Shown: in pieces, positions 43,425 through 48,980 of the stretch
Layout of the letters: every line of letters begins with the position of its first letter
How positions within the stretch are numbered: the stretch's first letter is position 1
Assembly: GCA_027340875.1 (NCBI GenBank)
Contig: DAIENX010000018.1
Location: 1 to 48,980, forward strand
Direction: 5' to 3'
DNA from: Elusimicrobiota bacterium
GTDB lineage: Bacteria; Elusimicrobiota; Elusimicrobia; Elusimicrobiales; UBA9959
DNA: 48,980 bases
Program-made: the position numbers and the translations under genes
The notes under the pieces: model-generated
The model's database searches: none
What the model was told of the DNA's origin: nothing
What the model saw: the letters and a program-made list of their open reading frames with translations, nothing else

Positions 43425-44681
43425 TCAGCCGTGGATAGGGTCCTCGATCTGCGCGGAGTTGGGCGGCACCACCTGGTAGGGGCAGGCGAAACCGCTGGGG
43501 GTCTTGCCGCCGCGCGGGTAGCGCAGCTGGTCGACTTTGCGCAGGAAAAGGTCCGCCCATTCCTCGGCGGTGTGCTGCGGCTTGCGCAGCGGCGCGCGGG
43601 CCGCTGTGAACAGGTCTATAAGCTGGGAGCGCGACAGCAGGGAAAGGCGGCGCACCAGCATCTGGCGGGCCTCCTCGCCGATCTGGTGCAGGTCCCTGCC
43701 TATCGGGTCCGCGCCGTTGAGGGAGCTGGTCCAGACGGAGTTCAGGTGCATGATGCACTCGCGCGGGTAGTCCCACATCCGCTCGCGGGCCCACTTGTCG
43801 AAGTTCATGCGGCTGTTGTGATAGAGGCCGCGTCCCCCGAAGCTGATGCCCATGTCCTGCAGGTAGATGACCGGCCTGGCGCAGGTCGCCCTGCCGTCGG
43901 GCCCGGCCACCACGTCCTTCTTCCGGCAGGCTATGGCCTGGTTCGGGGCCTTGTTGTCCGAGTTGGAGAGGAACTGCTCCATGCCGGCCAGGGCCTCCGC
44001 GCCGACCTTGTCCTCTATCCGGTAGAACTCGTCGAAGCCGACGCCGGAGTTGGGTTTATCCTCTATCCGCTCGCCTATCTTGTCCTCTATGGCCACCATC
44101 TGGCCCTGGCGCCACGCGCCGCGGTCGGCCTCGTTCTTGAACGGGTCGGAGGGGCAGTCCGGGCAGTTGAGCCTCACCGGGTACATGCGGTCGGCGTAGG
44201 CGCCTATAGCGGTGAGCAGCCAGCTGGAGGCCACCTCGGCCATCACGTCGCCGGTCTCGCCGTACTTCACCTTGAAGGTCTTGCCGTCGGCGCCGCGGCA
44301 CTTGAACTTGGGGGACATGCCGTTGGGGCGGCCGGTCTCGTAGGCTTCCTTCATCGGGACGTAGCTGCAGGTCACCACTTCTTCCGGGGCGTACTTCATC
44401 TTCTCGTACGGGCCGGTCTTGAAGTCTATGGCCGCCACGTTCAGCTCGTTCTCCGGGACCCACAGCGAAGATCGCCTGATATAGTCGAGGCGCTCGGCCT
44501 TGCCGACATAGCCTATCTTAAGTTTTTCCCCGTCGACGCGCAGCGGCAGCGGGACCTCCGGCTGGGTAACGTCCGCCTGCGCGGCCCTGAAGTCGGCTAG
44601 GCTCATGTCCTGCAGAGCGAACTGCGCGCTCGCGGGGGCGGCCGCGGCGGCTATGAGCGCTATAATGGCTATCTTTTTCAT
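43425..44681 (-). CDS. Secreted protein-kinase-like (HipA/PI4K-type fold) protein
   Basis: Signal peptide; GMSPKF..FKVKY..AEVASSWLL..NSDNKAPN..YLQDMGISFG. Confidence 0.6.
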   Translation of the reverse strand: MKKIAIIALIAAAAAPASAQFALQDMSLADFRAAQADVTQPEVPLPLRVDGEKLKIGYVGKAERLDYIRRSSLWVPENELNVAAIDFKTGPYEKMKYAPEEVVTCSYVPMKEAYETGRPNGMSPKFKCRGADGKTFKVKYGETGDVMAEVASSWLLTAIGAYADRMYPVRLNCPDCPSDPFKNEADRGAWRQGQMVAIEDKIGERIEDKPNSGVGFDEFYRIEDKVGAEALAGMEQFLSNSDNKAPNQAIACRKKDVVAGPDGRATCARPVIYLQDMGISFGGRGLYHNSRMNFDKWARERMWDYPRECIMHLNSVWTSSLNGADPIGRDLHQIGEEARQMLVRRLSLLSRSQLIDLFTAARAPLRKPQHTAEEWADLFLRKVDQLRYPRGGKTPSGFACPYQVVPPNSAQIEDPIHG

Positions 44682-44692
44682 CTGTTCTCCCT

Positions 44693-45286
44693 TTATTTCG
44701 TGCTGTCCCCCGGCAGGAGGTTCTGCGGTATGTCCCTGAAAGCGGCGACCCTGCCGTAGTGGAAATCCAGTATCCAGACCCTGTCGAAAGCCCCGTCCGG
44801 CCATGCGGTAGGCAGGGTGTCCAATACGGCCTGGGCCGTATTGGAGTAGGCGGCCAGCTCGTGGACTATGTCGACCAGGTTGGTATGCTGCCAGCAGACG
44901 AGCACCATGCGGCCGCGGTAGGCCGGGTTCTCCATGATGTCGGCGGCGATCTTATGCGTCTGGCCGCGCGTGAATCCGGTGTTTATCTCCATCTTCAGCG
45001 CGTTCGCCAGGGGGGTAACTGTCTGGATGGAGCGCAGGGAGCTGTCCTCGTGCTTAGGGGCGGCGGCGTAGATGGCGGCAGGCGTGCCGTAGCGGGTCAC
45101 GCTGGTGTTGGTCTGGAAGAACCAGACGAGGGCCTCGGCCCGTTTGCGTCCTTCCGGGCTCAGCTCTGAGCCGTACTCCGGCTTCTCGGCGTGGCGTATG
45201 AGTATGACCTGCGCGGGAGCGGCGAAAGCCGCGGCGGAAAAGAAGAGCGCGAGCAGGGAGGCCAGCAGGGTCTTCGGCTTCATCAT
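44693..45286 (-). CDS. Secreted histidine phosphatase superfamily protein
   Basis: Signal peptide; VILIRHAEKP..LSPEGRKRA..RSIQTVTPLA..VLVCWQH. Confidence 0.85.
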   Translation of the reverse strand: MMKPKTLLASLLALFFSAAAFAAPAQVILIRHAEKPEYGSELSPEGRKRAEALVWFFQTNTSVTRYGTPAAIYAAAPKHEDSSLRSIQTVTPLANALKMEINTGFTRGQTHKIAADIMENPAYRGRMVLVCWQHTNLVDIVHELAAYSNTAQAVLDTLPTAWPDGAFDRVWILDFHYGRVAAFRDIPQNLLPGDSTK

Positions 45287-45416
45287 TACTATAATTCTAG
45301 CAGTGACCGCGGGCGGATCTAAGAGGCGTACGGCCCAGACGGCCAGGATTTTTTAGCCTACGCTCATATAGGACTTTCATCCCCGCGGGCCGCTGTTCGG
45401 GTATAATAGGTTAAGG

Positions 45417-45846
45417 ATGAAGGAATACTCAGAGCCGCGCATGCATACGGCCGAGCACCTGCTGAACCAGACCATGGTCCGCATGTTCGGGCGCGGCCGG
45501 GCTTTCAGCTCGCATATAGAGCGTAAGAGATCGAAGTGCGATTATCGCTTCGACCGGGACCTCTCCCCTGAGGAGAAGGCGGAGCTGGAGCTACGGGTGA
45601 ACGAGGCCGTGCGCGCGGACCTGCCGGTAACGGAGGAGTTCATGTCCCCGGCCGAGGCCTGCAAAACCCTGGACCTTGGCCGTCTGCCTCCCGGCGCGGC
45701 CGCGGACACGGTGCGCGTCATAAAGATAGGCGATTATGACTCCTGTGCCTGTATAGGTCCGCACGTGACCTCCACCGCGGAGATAGGGGTTTTCCGTATA
45801 ATCTCGAGCAGCTTCGCCGAAGGCGTGCTGCGTATAAGGTTCAGGC

Positions 45847-45869
<23 letters not shown>
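45417..45869 (+). CDS. Stand-alone AlaX-like tRNA editing (tRNA_SAD) protein
   Basis: MHTAEHLL (HxxxH) and ACIGPHV (CxxxH). Confidence 0.82.
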
Positions 45870-46829
<960 letters not shown>

Positions 46830-46833
<4 letters not shown>

Positions 46834-47663
46834 GGATATTCATAGCGGGCGGCCTCGGCTTCGTGGGAAAGGCGGTGGCCGGAAGGCTGGCCGCGCACGA
46901 ACTTATCATACCCACCCGGGACCCGGGCAAGCTGAAGGCTTCCGGCCTTAAGGGGGAGTTCCCGGTTTTTTCCGAAGACCTGGCGGCGCTGGCGCGGTCC
47001 GCCTCCCCGGACGTCGTAGTCAACCTGCTGGGCATAATAAGGGAGACGCCCGGCTCCGCTTTCGGCCTGGTGCACGTGGAGTACACGCGGCGCCTGCTGG
47101 CGGGCGCCAAGGCCGCCGGGGTTAAGAAGTTCGTGCAGATGTCGGCGCTGGGTGCCGCCCCGGACGCGGCGTCCGCCTACCACCGCACCAAGTTCGAGGG
47201 CGAGGAGCTGGTGCGCGCTTCCGGCCTTCCTTACATCATCTTCAGGCCTTCCTATATTACGGGTCCCGGCCAGGGGCTGAGGGCCGAGCTCAGGAAGCTG
47301 GCGCGGCTGGCGCCCGTCTTCGCGGCGCCCTCGGACGCCCTGCTGGCGCCCTTAGCCGCGGGGACCGTGGCTGATTGCTTCGGCAGGGCCGCGGAGGACC
47401 CGGCGCTGAAGGACGAGACCTTCGAGCTGGGCGGGGAGGAGGTCATCAGCTTCAGGGAGCTGCTGGCCCGGGAGCTGGCGGCCGAAGGCGTCAGGCGCCC
47501 GGTCATCGGCCTGCCGCGCCGCCTGTTCTACCCGCTGCTGCCGCTCTTCTCCCTGTTCGACCCGCCGCCCATGACGCGCGAGCAGTACCTGATGACCTCC
47601 CGGCCCAACGTCCCCTCCGGCCGCCTGCGCGGCGTCCGCGACCTGCTCGGCCGCCCCTCTTAG
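46830..47663 (+). CDS. NAD(P)-dependent epimerase/dehydratase (NDUFA9-like atypical SDR)
   Basis: MRIFIAGGLGFVG..VNLLGII..MSALGA..YHRTKFEGE..RPS; ATGA coupling. Confidence 0.88.
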
Positions 47664-47738
47664 CGCCGCCGCTTCGTCCCCGCGCCTCCGCCCCAAGCCC
47701 GCGGGGGTTTCTCTACGATTTAGATAAAGGGTAGTGTT

Positions 47739-48206
47739 TCAATGGGATGCAAACTGGGGAGATTCCCTATATATCTGTGAAGTGTTCCCGAAAGAATTGC
47801 CTTTATTGCAAACCGGGTCCGTGCAAGTCGAATAATACTCATCCACCTTAGATTGATCAGAACATTCATAATCATCACATAGGGATGTTTTAGGGCTTGT
47901 TTTAATACAGATACTCCTATGACAAGTAAAACTGCCTGCCCGGCCATGACCGGTCCAATGTTCGCATGTCCCAGGCTCACAATCCTCAACACAGTCCGTC
48001 CACTCCGATTCATCTTCCTGCCAATTCCCGCAGCAGTTTCTAAGCCACCAGTCTTCAGGATCAGGCTTGGGATCGTCGTCACAAGCATAATAGTCTTCGC
48101 AATACTCCCGTGTCTTAACGTTCCTTACCTGATCTATACACGTCGCAAATGCAACCGTGACAATCCCAAATAAAATCAATATTCCCGAGATTTGTTTAAG
48201 CCACAT
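47739..48206 (-). CDS. Cys-rich secreted hypothetical protein (low GC)
   Basis: Signal-like N-terminus; 14 Cys in 155 aa; starts 1 nt after the upstream TPR gene stop. Confidence 0.65.
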   Translation of the reverse strand: MWLKQISGILILFGIVTVAFATCIDQVRNVKTREYCEDYYACDDDPKPDPEDWWLRNCCGNWQEDESEWTDCVEDCEPGTCEHWTGHGRAGSFTCHRSICIKTSPKTSLCDDYECSDQSKVDEYYSTCTDPVCNKGNSFGNTSQIYRESPQFASH

Positions 48207-48207
48207 A

Positions 48208-48978
48208 TTACTTCCCTCCGTTCTTAAGAGTCTTCCGTGAAGGCTTGGTTTTATTTAAAAACTTCTGTTCCCACTCCTTAAAATACGCCAAATCCTTACA
48301 GCCATCAACATAGATTCCAGCCTCCGCAAGGTCTTGACATTGCCCGCTTTTTGAGAAGTTTTCTTTATCCCTTTTTGAGATTCTTGGTGATTGAAAAAAT
48401 GCTTCCGCATCTTTTGCGGCTTCCTTAATCTGCCCCATTTTTAAGTAAATATCACATCTATCTCCATATGAATACCCCACATCGCGCGGATTTAATTCGA
48501 TTGCGGCATTTACGTCCGCCAGGGCTTTCGGGTAATCTTTTTCCATTTTATATGTCATTCCCCGTAACCGATAGGCTTCTGCCTTAGAATATTCATAAGG
48601 ATATTTCGCCGTCTGATCTTTAAACTGTATAGCAGCGGTAAAATCCTTTATTGCGTTATCATACTGACGGAGCTCCTGATAAGTTACCCCCCGCAAATGA
48701 TAAGCTTGAGGATTTGGATTAAGCTCGATTTCTTTTGTAAAAAAAACAATGGCTTTTTCCTTTGAGGACATCAGTTTGGAAAGCTTATTAATCTGTTTGC
48801 TGTCCCGAAGGGAAAGGGTCTTTTTTGCTTCTTCCCGATAGAGAGAGGCTTTTTGCTCATTCGACAACCTGTTTTGGCGAGCTAGTTCATTAATCCGCTT
48901 TTCTGCTTCCGCTATATCAGATTCAAATTTTGCATCCCGAGAATCAACTTCCATTGGAACAACTACGGAAGTTGACAC
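48208..48978 (-). CDS. Tetratricopeptide repeat protein (5' truncated by window, low GC)
   Basis: AYHLRGVTYQELRQYDNAIKDFTAAI; AYRLRGMTYKMEKDYPKALADVNAAIELNP. Confidence 0.85.
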   Translation of the reverse strand: MSTSVVVPMEVDSRDAKFESDIAEAEKRINELARQNRLSNEQKASLYREEAKKTLSLRDSKQINKLSKLMSSKEKAIVFFTKEIELNPNPQAYHLRGVTYQELRQYDNAIKDFTAAIQFKDQTAKYPYEYSKAEAYRLRGMTYKMEKDYPKALADVNAAIELNPRDVGYSYGDRCDIYLKMGQIKEAAKDAEAFFQSPRISKRDKENFSKSGQCQDLAEAGIYVDGCKDLAYFKEWEQKFLNKTKPSRKTLKNGGK

Positions 48979-48980
48979 GG

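Overview
High-GC bacterial chromosomal window. Gene content and protein style suggest Elusimicrobiota, which is inference and unconfirmed. It opens with the 3' end of tuf and rpsJ. rpsJ is closed by a strong intrinsic terminator and is not followed by rplC. Downstream lies a ~25-kb accessory array of mostly single-gene or short-operon 'cassettes' (ArsR, ORF6N, VOC, PadR, PhzF, GNAT, MNT, YdeI, YcaQ, DUF proteins, lipoproteins). These are separated by about 20 co-oriented copies of a ~40-bp repeat, consensus GAGCCGCCGGGGAAGCCCGGCGGTT(T/C)TG(C/T)TTTTGGTAGAAT. The repeat fuses a terminator-like hairpin/U-tract to an extended -10 promoter (TGnTAGAAT), often 6-7 nt before a leaderless ATG. Many copies are preceded by one of several short REP/MITE-like motifs. 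Repeat conservation decays away from rpsJ, and no integrase or transposase is present in the window. The rest carries a duplicated response-regulator/RRM unit, a large PQ/GYxxG-repeat surface protein, a diheme peroxidase next to a Cyc2-like cytochrome-porin, a secreted kinase-like protein paired with a secreted histidine phosphatase, housekeeping-type genes (MATE, DTW, RluA, AlaX-like, Qor), and a low-GC TPR/Cys-rich locus at the right edge.
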